Below are positions 36,236 to 49,081 of a stretch of DNA of 64,000 nt, piece by piece. The stretch lies in NCBI GenBank assembly GCA_964234715.1, contig OZ174284.1. The stretch is one strand, 5' to 3'. The translations under genes were made by a program, and so were the position numbers. Numbering within the stretch: the first letter of the stretch is position 1; each line of letters opens with the position of its first letter. The stretch comes from Podarcis melisellensis (taxonomy: Eukaryota). The notes beneath the pieces were generated by a model. That model was not told the origin of the DNA, did no database searches, and worked only from the letters and a program-made list of their open reading frames with translations.

Positions 36236-37208
36236 AGCTCCCCACATCCCTAGGTCAAACCTTTTTCTTTTTCAAAGTTTCACTTTGGTCGCAACTACAA
36301 ACCGGGCCACTGCTGAATTTCTCCCCTTGGTATAGCAGCCAGGAAGGCTGCTAGGCTGCGAAAGAAATTATGCCATGCTTTATTAAATGGTAAACAGCTG
36401 TTTCAGTCACAATACGGCACATGCTAATTGAAGAATGCCGTAAGCACTTCTCCACTAATAAAGGGCTTTTAGGAGACAAGGGGACTGAGGGGGAGAAAAT
36501 ATGTACCACGTACAAAATTACTTTCATAGGTGCCCTTCCTTTGAAATTCAGGCATGCGGGTCATTCCAGGTGAGAAGCACACTCTGAGAGGCAACGCGTG
36601 GGAATGAATATTCAATAATCATTAGTGGCTTTGCTCGAGGCTCACGGCGTCATGGGTAAAAAAGGCAGGAGGAAGAATGAAGGCAGAACTCAGCTCCTTG
36701 TCAGGCTTCCGAGACTCAGGGCTGCTGGGAGAGACGTCAAGGCGGAACCTGTGAAGCGTCAGGTGACACACTTCCGACTTGCTCCTAGGAAACACGCCAA
36801 AGATTTTGCCCAAGGAAACTGAATTAAGGATGCGACACTAAGCAGAGCCGCTGGAGCTGGCAAAGGTCATGGGCACAGTGCTTCCTGGGGGCTGGGAAAT
36901 TCCCTTACACACAAAAATTGTGAGAAGCCACGAGGGGGAGAATTCTATCTGTTTATCTCCCTCACATTTTGCATCCCACCTCTTCCTCCAAGGATCTCAT
37001 AACACCCTTGGTCTATCCCAACAAAGCTGCAAGGTAGAAGCTGTGCCAGTGTATCTTTAGGAGGGCCAAATAAGCCAGTGGTTCCCAAACTTTCTTGGGA
37101 TACGCTTGATTTCAAAAACTCATCCTACCCAACCCAAACAAAAGGCAATGTCCAGAATAGTGGTTTGCATGGCCCACTAAGAAAGATATAGCACAATAAA
37201 ATTCAATA

Positions 37209-37423
37209 TAGTGGTACCTAGGATTAAGAACTTAATTTGTTCCGGAGGTCTGTTCTTAACCTGAAACTGTTCTTAACCTGAGGTACCACTTTAGCTAATG
37301 GGGCCTCCTGCTGCCGCCGCACGATTTCTGTTCTCATCCTGAAGCAAAGCTCTTAACCTGAGGTACTATTTCTGGGTTAGCAGAGTCTGTAACCTGAAGC
37401 TCCTGTAACCTGAGGTACCACTG
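37209..37423 (+). mobile_element. Tc1/pogo-type MITE, probably inside an older hAT-like element (~37076-37670)
   Basis: Same body as the other copies; TA flanks. Confidence 0.88.
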
Positions 37424-37437
37424 TACAGTAATAATTA

Positions 37438-37486
37438 AAGGTAAAGGGACCCCTGACCGTTAGGTCCAGTTGCGGACAACTCTGGA
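37438..37486 (-). mobile_element. Sauria SINE, 3' tail only
   Basis: aaggtaaagggacccctgaccgttaggtccagt, flanked by taataatta at 37429-37437 and 37487-37495. Confidence 0.75.
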
Positions 37487-38827
37487 TAATAATTAGGTGC
37501 CCGTTTATTCCAAATTCAGTAAAAACTATTTAGTTTAATCAATTCAACCCAATTGATGAACTTGATCCATTCATACCAGCTTTTCAAAGTCTGATTGTCA
37601 TTAAGACCCCCAGCACCCCTTGCTTCTTTGCTCCCTCCAGGGGGCGCTACTGACCACTCTGGGAAGCATTTCTTTTGAGCTTCCTTAGGGCTCTTCCTCA
37701 GGTTGCGTGTCAAAAAAACAAAGGACAGGTTATTTATTTATACCCCACCTTTTTCTCTGACAGAGACTCAAGGCAGCTGACAGATAAAATAAGAACAGGT
37801 AAAAACATATACCTAATTATTTGAAAAGAATTAAACATTAAAACTCCCTCTTTCTATATATCCAATCTATTAAAATGTAAGGTAATTACCATAAAAACAG
37901 CACAGTACCAGCCTTTTCATTAAAAGCCTTTTGCACTGCATTTGTGTATTCTACTTTGCCTAACATATGCATTTTTGCAACACAGTTTCCTTTAACGATC
38001 ACGTTTTGATGCTATTTTTACTAACACATGCATTTCTATGCACACTTTACCAAATATATGCATTTTGAGTACACATTATGAAGCTAGAGAACTGCATTAC
38101 AAAATTTGGAAAAGTGCAAATTTCAAAGGGTAGCTGTGTTTTGATTTGCATATTGTTTCAGAAAGTTTGAATAAAAGTAGCTTTGCCATTAAATGTAAAG
38201 TGGACTGATTTTTTCCCTTATCCCGTTCTTATAAATAAAAGAACTGGGGCATTACACATAAATATAGGATCTGGCGAGGCATTTTCTTCATTCAGCAAAC
38301 CACATTGTGTATAGCGCTGAGTGAAGAAAATTAGTGGCCAGATCTTAAAACAAACAAGTCTGTCTGTCTCCCAATTTACACTACATAATGCAAGGCAGGC
38401 AGAGAAACAGAAGATCTGATTAAATGCCCAACTATGAAACAGCACGATTCAGTATTTCTAGAGTAGTCGCCATATACCTCAAGCCCCCAAGCAAACACAC
38501 CCTTTAATATTTCTGGTATTGAATACTAAACTTTGCATTTTCCTAAAGTAAGCTACTAGATTTTGAGTGCTTTTTTTGCATTAATTATTTTACATGACAT
38601 TGGATTCCTTTGGCACAATGTTATTGGTTTTTTTAGTTGTCTGGCTCCAATGACGCACAATAATCGTGCAACACCCATAATCATAGAGTCACATGTCACC
38701 ATTCATGTCCAAAAGTACGATACTGACAGCAGCCAAAGGAGGCACAGAAGTCAAAATGGCAATAATCAAGTTGTTTTTATTATTGCTTGTAAGCCGCTCT
38801 GAGCCCGGTCTTGGCTGAGGAGGGCGG

Positions 38828-38829
<2 letters not shown>

Positions 38830-38881
<52 letters not shown>
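38830..38881. repeat. (AAT)n microsatellite at an L2 tail
   Basis: Direct reading. Confidence 0.95.
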
Positions 38882-41800
38882 TCAGTTTTGCATTTAAGGC
38901 ATGCAGGGCCACCATTTCAGGAATAGTATTCTCAGCACTAACCCCTGGATTTAATAGTCTGATCTTCGTTCTGTTCAGAATTAATACAGGGCATCATTGA
39001 ACATTTAAAGAAACATTTAGTGTGATGACAAGTAGGATTGGTCAATCTGACCACTTCAGTTTCTCATTTCCCCACTCTTCAGTTTAGTTCTTTTACATTT
39101 CCACATCATTTTGCAATTATTATAATTTTTTTAAACGTCCTTATGAAAATTCACCAGCATTTCAGCGCAAATTTCTCCTAATGCACTTTTGTACCCAAAT
39201 CTGCCCAGTATTCACATTTCCCCTAATAAAATTCATTTGTGTATATTATTTTATCTATGCTTCTTTTATACATGCTTTGTGCTAGCTCATGCATCTTTTG
39301 TATACCTTACTTGGCTGGAGAGAATTCAGAGAATGCGAATTTCAAATGGTGGTTGTGTTTTGATTTGCCTACTCTTTTTGGGGGGGTGGGTTCACCTTTA
39401 AATCTGTTCACCTTTAAATCTGGACTGAAATTACATCCTCCCTCATACATACAAAGCTACAGCAACATGGCCACACATCTTATTATTAAAGCAAATGGAT
39501 TTATGCCTTTCATACCTGCTTTTAGCCTTATAGGTCAACTTTGTTGCTTATAACAATAGTTAATGTGCATTAACTATTGCCAGAAATACAGGCGCTCTCA
39601 AGCAATAATCACAGCCATCATCCAAAACACAGAGGAACAAAAGATGAGGCCCCTGATGACATCTAAAATTCCTAACTGCACCTTAATTTTATTTTATTTT
39701 GTGTTCTGGGTTTATTATATTTTTGTACATTTTTTTAAAAAATCCAACACAGTCACAATAATAAAATACCATATATCAAGAAGATGTTCCCTCTAGCAGC
39801 TTATGGTGTGACCCTCAGTTTACCTCTCAATAAATGGGAGCATTTTAAACTGCCTTATAAGCACACTGAAAGGTTAAGCTTTTTAACAGAGCATGCCAAG
39901 AGAGAGATGCTTTGGAAGCATTCGCAGTTCTTTAGGGCATATGCGTGTGAAATTGTTGTCAGATCTGCTTGCAAGCGCACAGTGCTAAAGATCCAAAATA
40001 TTCACTTTGTAGATGGGATTTGCAGAAGCGGTAAAGAAACGCGGCCAATGCTTTGTGCGCAGAGATGAGGGGGTGTCTTTCTTCAAATTAAAAAGAAAAG
40101 GGAAAAAAGGTTTAAGACAGAAGAAAGAGATGCAAGTTACTGCACCCTATAATTACACTCGACACAATTTAGAATGCTGCCGTACAGTAATGTTAACACA
40201 AACAAGGTTCTAAAAAAAGCCTTCCACGTAGCAAAACGTGGGGAAATGCTAAGTCTCTTTCGACTGCTTTGCAAATTTTCTCCCAGAAAAGCTATTTCTT
40301 AATAATGCATCTGACTCTTTTCATAGGGGAAAAAAGAAATGGGTTAAGTTTTCCCTGTATTTGGACTGTGCGCATATTCTTCCTTTTATTTATAAAAGGC
40401 ACGCGTATCCAAGGCATTGGGCTTTGTTGTGTCACCTTTAGGACTTGTTGTTTGAAGTACCGCGTTGCAAGGGCTACAGTACACAGAGTGTTCAGAATTT
40501 TAAGCAAAACCTTAAAACAGTTACGGAAATCAAAGCCGGCTATTCCGAAGACGTGCACCCACTGTACAAATAGCACACGGACTGCCTATCGATAGATCCT
40601 GCATGCACCTAGACAGTATCATTGCTGTGAAGTACATATGCACGGATGCTAACCTTGGAGTCTGGTAATTCCAAGGGGGAAACAAACCAAGATGGTATGA
40701 GATGGAATTTGGGACAGAGGGGCGGGGGGGAGTTATAGAGCTGTTTCAACAAGTGTTGGAATTAACTAGACATGAACGTGCAGCTTACTACACAACCCTA
40801 TGCATTTTCACTCAGTGCATTCAGCGTGACTTATTCTAGGAAAGTGAATACAGGCCGGCAGCCGTATTTGCCCAGTGGAATGTTGCTTATTGGTAAACCA
40901 ATCTGGAACACACAACTTAATCCTTTATGTGTTTTTTTAAAAAATGCAAGCTGCTGGGAATTGCAAATGGGGAGAAAACATGTGATGATTGTTGCGTCCC
41001 ACTTGTGGGTTTTGTATAGGCCACTGTGAGAATAGGATTGCTGGACTAGATGGGTCATTGGCATGATTCAGCAAAGGCTCTTTTTACATTTAGCTCAAGC
41101 TATCAATCATAATATTTTATATGGACTTGTTATTTCTTATCAGATTTTTAAGCCTTTGTGCTTTTTAAAATATTTTAATGACTCCAAAAAATAAGATTGT
41201 CATCACCAATTCCATTAAAATATGGCTTAAAATGAGACACTGTCTTTATTTTGCAGGTTAATGAAGCTGCAGATCCAATACAGACCCACAGACACATTTT
41301 CCAATAGGTATAAGGCATTGCCTTTCGTCCCCTGCTTGGGTGGGAAAACACAGAAGGAGAGAAGAATTCTTTAGGAGACTTGGCTTCCCAATAAATGGCG
41401 ACCAACTTCAATGAAACAGCTATATAGAAACAGACGTCAGGGGTTGTTCTGGAAGTTTGATATGTTGAGTAAGCTACGGCAAATGAAATCTTTAAAACAG
41501 GCACACCACCTGTTTTATCTTTAAATCTTTAAAACAGGCACAGCACCACAACACTTACTAATGAAATGTTACATTAGTAAACATTTCAATTACTGCTTCC
41601 ATAAAGGCAACACCTTAAAATGGAAAAGCAGGTGTCATGTTGACGCCTATTGCTCATTAGATAAAAGTGCTGTTTGTATTTGGGTCACAACTCTTCCCAT
41701 GTATGAATATTAGCAACACATTGCAGGAAGGAAAAAGCCCTGGAGATTTAGCACAGTTTGAATATTTAATGCAACAATAGTTGGATTCCTAACAGGAGAA

Positions 41801-42776
41801 AGGAAATTTGGAAGCACGAGATATATGCACCACACACTTATCTTTGCTTGTCTGCTTTTCATATTTTATGCTGCCTACATCTTGACACCCCAACATGTTT
41901 GAAAAAGAATAAAAACAGCTAGCATGGACTACAAGGTAGCAGATCCTACTTTCTAATGCCCCCTGAAAAGAGCAAACAATCCATATAATTCATGCAATGT
42001 ATGTGGGGTGATTCTTTAGCGCAACACAAGCAAAGCACAGAAGACACACACAGAACTAAAGACAAGTCCTAACTTCATAACTTTGCATATATCCAAAGTG
42101 AAAAAGGAGAAAGCTGTCAGGCACCAAGATGATGAATGTTTTAAAAGACACCTATATCTCATGCTTTCTAATGAATGAAACGCAGGAAAGCAAACAATTT
42201 GAAAGAAAAGTAGGCTATTAGAAAATCTCTTATTCCTCCCTCCCTTGTTTCTTTTCTTCTTCTGGTATTAGGGAGTTTTCTTTCCCCAACGTCCCCCGCC
42301 GCAGACACAAACAGCCCAGAGGGATTGCGGAACAAGGGTCTTTACAGAAGGCAGCTTGCTAATTGAGAAGCTGATCAGGGGTAGAGAGATCCTGCCTTAC
42401 CACGTTAAGCATCGAAATCAAGCATGACTGGATTGATGCCGCCAAATCGCTGTCTGGAGGCCATTCCAAGCCAGGAGCAGCCGGGCTTTTCACACCTGAT
42501 AGGCCCTCACTCCATCTACATCAAGTCGCATTAAGAAAGGAATGGATTGGCGAATTGGAGCCCTTGCCCCTTAAGAGCCTTCGTTGGACAGACTTAATTG
42601 CTGCTCCTTGAAGTCCCTTAGAAGTAGCAAATCCTACTCAAGCGTCAGAGTGGTGCCATTATCTGTTCCACTCCTTTGCCCCTAGCAAGGAGAACTTCAC
42701 ATTTCAAAGAGTAGAAACATGGTAGAAAAACACACACAACTCAAACACTCTATTATTATTATTAATAATAATAATA

Positions 42777-43018
42777 CAGTGGTACCTCGGGTTACAGGCA
42801 CTTCAGGTTACAGACGCTTCAAGTTACAGACTCTGCTAACCCAGAAATAGTACCTCGGGTTAAGACCTTTGCTTCAGGATGAGAACAGAAATTGTGCTCC
42901 GGTGGCGCAGCGGCAGCAGGAGGCCCCATTAGTTAAAGTGGTACCTCAGGTTAAGAACAGTTTCAGGTTAAGAACGGACCTCCGGAACGAATTAAGTTCT
43001 TAACCCAAGGTACCACTG
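42777..43018 (-). mobile_element. Tc1/pogo-type MITE (242 bp)
   Basis: TIRs and TA TSD. Confidence 0.92.
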
Positions 43019-43542
43019 TAATTAACTCCCAACAATAATCAAGAGTCATTGGGACTTAACCCACCCTTTAACATTTCACAGCTGAAGCCAGGAACAATTT
43101 TGCATTCTTCTTATTCTCTTGCCCAAACCAGGGATAGGCAAAGGCTAAGTATTGAGGTGATCTGATTTTCTTATTCCTGACAGTTTAGCAACAGCAACTC
43201 CCCGCACCCCACTCCCCCAAATTAGGTTGCTGAAAAAAAAGAAATGTGGGAGAAAAGAAGGAGTGTATTTGTAAGTGAAAGGCTTTCAGGATCAGTACTA
43301 GCCCAGAAGTCAACAGTTGTGGTCTTGAAGACAAATTCCCAGGCTGAACATGTACTCAGAGGTCCAGTGGTCCATAATTCTAAATCTACAAAAAACCCTT
43401 CTGTGCCACCGTTTTGCATCTGGTGACATGTGACGCTGTACAAAACAGACCAGACAAGATTGGGAATGATTGCTGCTAATATACAATGTCAGTTTTACAG
43501 AAGCTACACTGACACCGGCCACATTTCCAGACACAATTTACA

Positions 43543-43745
43543 GAGCCAGCATGGTGTAGTGGTTAAGAGCGATGGACTCGTAATCTGGTGAACCGGGTTC
43601 GCTTCCCCGCTCCTCCACATGCAGCTGCTGGGTGACCTTGGGCTAGTCACACAGAGTGTTTGTTGTGGGGGAGGAAGGGAAAGGAGATTGTTAGCCACTT
43701 TGAGACTCCTTAAGGGGAGTGAAAGGCGGGATATCAAGTCCAAAC
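43543..43745 (+). mobile_element. tRNA-head SINE with CORE/L2-type tail (Squam3-like)
   Basis: A box TGGTGTAGTGG, B box GGTTCGCTTCC, gggtgaccttgggctagtcac core. Second copy at 48847-49081. Confidence 0.8.
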
Positions 43746-43986
43746 AGAGCTAAATTTGAGATTTAAAGGCCTATGCAGAGTACTTCAAGGACTTCTTGAT
43801 CTCCCATGAACTTGCCTGGATGTTGACACCCACCCCCTCCATGGCCTTTCTTAAGGTCACCCTGCTTTTTAGGGGTCAATAGCAACCAAGACAGAGCCGT
43901 TTCAGTGGTGACTCCTGGTCTTATCTCCAGAGCAGATCACCCAGTGCAGACTTTAGCATCCTTTCGGTGCTCAGAAAATATATTTA

Positions 43987-44201
43987 CAGTGGTACCTTGG
44001 GTTACATATGCTTCAGGTTACAGACTCCACTAACCTGGAAATAGTACCTTGGGTTAAGAACTTTGCTTCAGGATGAGAACAGAAATAGTGCCCAATGGCG
44101 CAGCAGCAGCGGCAGGCCCCATTAGCTAAAGTGGGGCTTCAGGTTAAGAACAGTTTCAGGTTAAGAACAGACCTCCGGAATGAATTAAGTTCTTAACCCT
44201 G
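43987..44201 (-). mobile_element. Tc1/pogo-type MITE with one TIR partly deleted
   Basis: Same body as the other copies. Confidence 0.88.
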
Positions 44202-44975
44202 TAACCCCCCCCCCCTTTTAGGATGTCTGCTGCATCCTACTTTGCTCTGGTTTTATTGTGCTTTGTCACTGACTTAGCTGTTCTATGTCCAAACTATCAT
44301 TCCATTTTATTTGTTGTCATCACTGTGAGCAGAATACAAATTGATCAGTGTTTCCTACTCTAGAAACTATGCTTTATCCATCAATCAGCCACCTACTTTG
44401 CACACTCCAAACTACTCAAGGCTGTTTGTTTTGCGTTTTATCCAATATGTTCCCTTAACCTTTTTTAAGAGCTTGCCTTGCACAGGCTTCTAATGCAGAA
44501 TTACTGGCGCTAAAATCTAGGTGTGCACCTGAGTAGCTGAAGAGAGGAAGGAACTGGTGGTTGCTCCTCCTCCTTTGCTGGTGCGTTGCTTTGTAGGGGA
44601 CCTTCCCACATCCTTATTTTCCTTTATTCTCAGTTGCAAACAGCAGCCGCTGGATGGGCTGCTAAATCAGCTTTTTGGGTGTGCTTGAATGCTGCCTCCT
44701 CACAGTTAAACCTCTGCTGTGGAGATAAGGGGGAAAGGAAGAAACCAGAGCACTCCAAGAAGATCAGGCTCTCCCACTGGGTATGCCTGTGTCTCCATTT
44801 TTCTTTCTATCCAAGCTGCCTCCGAAAAAATCAAGGAGCATATGTTGGAAGCTGCCTTGCAGCAGATCAGATGATGTGTCCATCTAACCTAGTATTGCCT
44901 ACTTCCCTGGCCGTTGTCCCTCTCTACTGTCTCAGAAAGAGAGAGGTTTATTACTATTATTATCCTTGGTTATGT

Positions 44976-44977
<2 letters not shown>

Positions 44978-45017
<40 letters not shown>

Positions 45018-45240
45018 TTTATTTATACCCCACCCTTCTTGGCCAGAGCTGGGCTCAGGGCGGCTAAGACCAATAAAATTTCAGTAAAAACATAATAGGG
45101 AAAAAAGAAAAAGTAGGGGGGCATTTAAAATACAGGTTAAAAGGCAATTTAAAATGCAGCCTCATTTTAAAAGTCAAAACCATAAGGGGAGGGAAACATA
45201 ATGGTCAGACTGAGTCCAAACCAAAGGCCAGGCGGAACAG
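44978..45240 (-). mobile_element. L2 3' tail with (ATT)n
   Basis: ttagccgccctgagcccagc...gggtggggtataaataaa tail. Similar tails at ~38770-38880 (+) and 52540-52703 (+). Confidence 0.75.
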
Positions 45241-45693
45241 TTTATCACTTTTTACAAAATGTTTCAAAGCGACTTGCAAAATGTTAAAATACCAAACTTT
45301 TAGAATCTGCAACACGGAACAAAACATATGAGCAACACAAATGTCCATTCACCAGCAAGGATAACAAAGATGAATCCTATCCCACAAAAAGGTTTTGCTC
45401 ACCACTCAAACAGAACCTGTGACTTTTGGCATGAAAGCATGGTCTTTGGCACTGAACTATGATCCCTCTTACAGCTCCTTCAGTTCCTTTCCCTCCCCAA
45501 AATAGATTCTTGCACCCCTGAGCAAAGATTTTAACAGTTTCCTTTGTCCCCAAACCTCAATGATAAATAGAATCCTAAGTCTTCCAGCGGATCTGCTTTG
45601 GCTTGTTACAAGGATAGCTGCAGCTGAAAGACTGAAAGGTGTTCAGAATTTATTTGAAAGCATTTCTATGCTGGCTTCCCACTCTTATTCTTT

Positions 45694-45878
45694 GTACACA
45701 CTATACCTTTAAAACACACTTGGAGCACATTCTTTCCCTCAAAGAATTCTGGGCACTGTAGTTCGTTGAGCATTGCTAGGAATTGTAACTCTGTGGGGGG
45801 TAATCGACGGGGCCCAGAATTCTTTGAGGGGGGAAATGTGCTTTGATGTTGCTTTAAAGGTATAGTGTGCAGACAGCC
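45694..45878. repeat. Palindromic MITE-like element
   Basis: Inverted arms cacactatacctttaaa / tttaaaggtatagtgtg and ccctcaaagaattctgggc / gcccagaattctttgaggg. Confidence 0.7.
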
Positions 45879-46379
45879 TAAAGCCTTCCAGGCAGCCTGC
45901 AAAACCAATTACAATCCCAGAAAAGTATAATAAAAACTCAAGAATTGGAAGGGTAATTTGACCAATCTCCAACTAGATGCCTGATATCTAGAGTCAGAGC
46001 ATCCTTCAATCTCTGTTTGAAGGATTCATCACCCTCTAGATAAAATGATTCCACTTTAGAACTTCTTTCTATAACTTAAGCCTGTTAGGTCTTGCCCTAT
46101 TTCTGGGACAGCAGAGAACAAACCCTTGTCCTCTTCTATATGGCAGTCTTTCAGGTGTTTGGAATAGTTCTATTATTTTCACCCCACCCTGATCTTTTCT
46201 CCAGGATAATTACCCCCAATTCCTTCAATGTTTCCTCATAGGCCTTGTTTTCCATACCCCTAACCATCAATGACAGAAATAATACTGAAATGGTTGTAAC
46301 ATTACAGTTGTAATCTGGAAGGTACAGGGCCCTTAGCTTGGGGTCACTGATGGGAATTGTAGTCTAGCAACATCTAAAG

Positions 46380-46492
46380 CAGGCATCCCCAACCTGCGGC
46401 CCTCCAGATGTTTTGACCTACAACTCCCATGATCCCTAGCTAACAGGACCAGTGGTCAGGGATGATGGGAATTGTAGTCCAAAACATCTGGA
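46380..46492. mobile_element. Hairpin hAT MITE, truncated
   Basis: Same body as 34014-34149. Confidence 0.75.
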
Positions 46493-48555
46493 TTGCCTAT
46501 TCCCAGCTAAGGAGAGATCACTTCCTGATTCACATGGAGAAGCTGTTTTCAGTGGAGCCCAGCTACAGAAGCACAAAGCTGTGTTGAGGCAGCATTGGAC
46601 GTTGAAATTTTGGTCCCCCTAGCAGTTTTTCACCCGGGGCAACTGCCCCTGTGCCCCCACATGCTACGCCATTGAGTGAAACCATTGCAAAACCATTGTA
46701 TCTTTGCGGGTAAAATGAAACTAAGCAAGGCATGCTAAGACCCTGAAAATGAATAATGTAGACACATCATGTTTGGGTATCAGCAACTATCAGACATTCC
46801 TGATAGCGCAAACTTAAAACTAATATAAACCAATAGAACTACCATGGTTTCCCCAAAATAATCTATGTGCTGAGCAGGGTATTAATGATTCTCTTTTGGA
46901 GATCCCTAGCCCTTCCTACTCACAGAACTATAGTTTCCAAGTGTGAACAAAATAAAATAAAAAGGAAACAGCAAAGATAATTTTGGGCTACAGTCAAACC
47001 TAGTTTGGTTGACAACGCTACATAATGACGATATGAAAATCATCATAGGTTTGCCCCCAATTGCCTTCCTGCAGGCTGCAACCTTATAGGTAAGAGTGGC
47101 GGCCCCTGTCCATTTTGCTTATGTTAGGCTAGTCAGCTAGTTTTATATGCATCGAAACCTGGCTAACACTGATTAGATCTGAAATCTGGAAAGAAAAGCA
47201 GGGAAACTGGTCAAGTTCCCCCCCCCCACTTTATAAGCCAATGCAGACAAATAGAAGAAGAGTTTTGAAGTTCTGATCCTGGCCCTTAGCTCCATTCTTT
47301 TACACCAGTTTTGTTTGTTGGGACTAAAACACTCAGCATTCTTGACAATTAGCGGTGATCCATAGGGCTGAAGGGTCACATGACATTTAGAGGGGTTTTT
47401 TATATATACAAATCTACATAGCTTACTAGCTGACACAAAATTTTACCAGCCCATTTTAGTTTGCAAATACAGTATGAACTCAGGCAGAGAAAAATACGCA
47501 GCCTTCTCACTTGGAGAGACTTTCCTGTCTGTTGAAAGTTCTTGCATGCTAAGCCTACAGCGTGTGTCCCTGCCCAATTTAGGATGAGGACGTGTCCCCT
47601 CTCAAAGCATTACAGAAGAACAATTCACACAAACTTCCTTGCCAAAATGGGGAGAGATCAACCATTTATCTGAGAGCACTTCACAGATGCAGCCCTAATT
47701 ATTTCCCAAGATTTGAGATGTTTTGGGGTGGGTGGGGTAGGGGGGAGGAAGAGATGGATGGAGGAGAAACCTACCAAGTTTGCCTCCCCCTCCCCACCCC
47801 ACCCTTAAAATTTGGCTCTTATTAAAAGCACAGTTAATTTTAGTGCCTAGATTGGGTCTGATTTTGGAGATGAAAAGGAGAATCACGTTCATCATAGGCA
47901 GACACATAAAGGGAGAAGAGAGGTGCAGAATCCGCTCACACTAGGCTTTAATTGACACTCGAGAGGCTCTAATCAGGGGGCAGACAATCAACTACCATTC
48001 AAACCCATGATGCTCCAAAGTGCTCAAGCCAATTGCAATGGAGCAAATGCTTCAGGCTTGAAAAGCACGTCGCCTTCAGGAGAACCAGCGCACGGGCTCT
48101 TCGCTGTACATTTTTCTACAGACTTCAGCACTTCCCAGCTTACTGAAAAGAAGGTTAGGCACATGGCTATCCATTTTTTTGCTCCAACAACTTTATCCAT
48201 TTTAGGAAGGCAGGAGCATCCCAGCACCAGCACCAAATCGGATGGAGTGCTCTTGCAAGCACTTGGTTCAAGAGCTCAGAAAGCACCAGACTTTGCTACC
48301 TCATAGGAACACTGGAAGAAGCAGCTTTGTCCTCAATCAAGACAATTGGGTCCATCAAGCTCTGCTTTATCTAAACTGACTGGCGGCAGCTCAGCCAGGA
48401 ATATTCTCAATTCTATTTGGAGATGCCTAGGATTGAACCTGAGACCTTCTGCATGCAAACAGATGTTCTGCTACAGAACTATGACCCTTCTCTCCCTTGC
48501 CCCAAACAGGAAGTTACCTTATACTTAGTCTACTGGTCCATCTAACTCAGTACTG

Positions 48556-48796
48556 ATTGCAGGCAGAGGGCCTTCTCGGTAGTGGCGCCCGCCCTGTGGA
48601 ACGCCTTCCCATCAGATGCCCAGGAAATAAACAACTACCTGACTTTTAGAAAACATCTGAAGGCAGCCCTGTTTAGGGAAGTTTTTAATCTTTGATGTTT
48701 TATCATGTTTTTAATATTCTATTGGGAGCTGCTCAGAGTGGCTGGGGAAGCCCAGCCAGATGGGTGGGATATAAACAAATTGTTGTTGTTGTTGTT
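48556..48796 (+). mobile_element. L2-clade LINE 3' end
   Basis: Encodes RAFSVVAPALWNAFPSDAQEINNYLTFRKHLKAALFREVF; (TTG)n tail. Confidence 0.85.
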
Positions 48797-48846
48797 ACCC
48801 TGACTGGCAGCATATCTCCAGGATTTGTCCCATTTCCCTTCCATCA

Positions 48847-49081
48847 GAGAAGAAGAGTTTGGATTTGATATCCCGCTTTATCACTGCCCGAAGGAGTCTC
48901 AAAGTGGCTAACATTCTCCTTTCCTTTCCCTTCCTCCCCCACAACAAACACTCTGTGAGGTGAGTGGGGCTGAGAGACTGGCCCAAGGTCACCCAGCAGC
49001 TGCATGTGGAGGAGCGGGGAAGCGAACCCAGTTCACCAGATTACGAGTCTACCACTCTTAACCACTACACCACACTGGCTC
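48847..49081 (-). mobile_element. tRNA-head SINE (Squam3-like)
   Basis: Reverse-complement match to 43543-43745. Confidence 0.8.
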
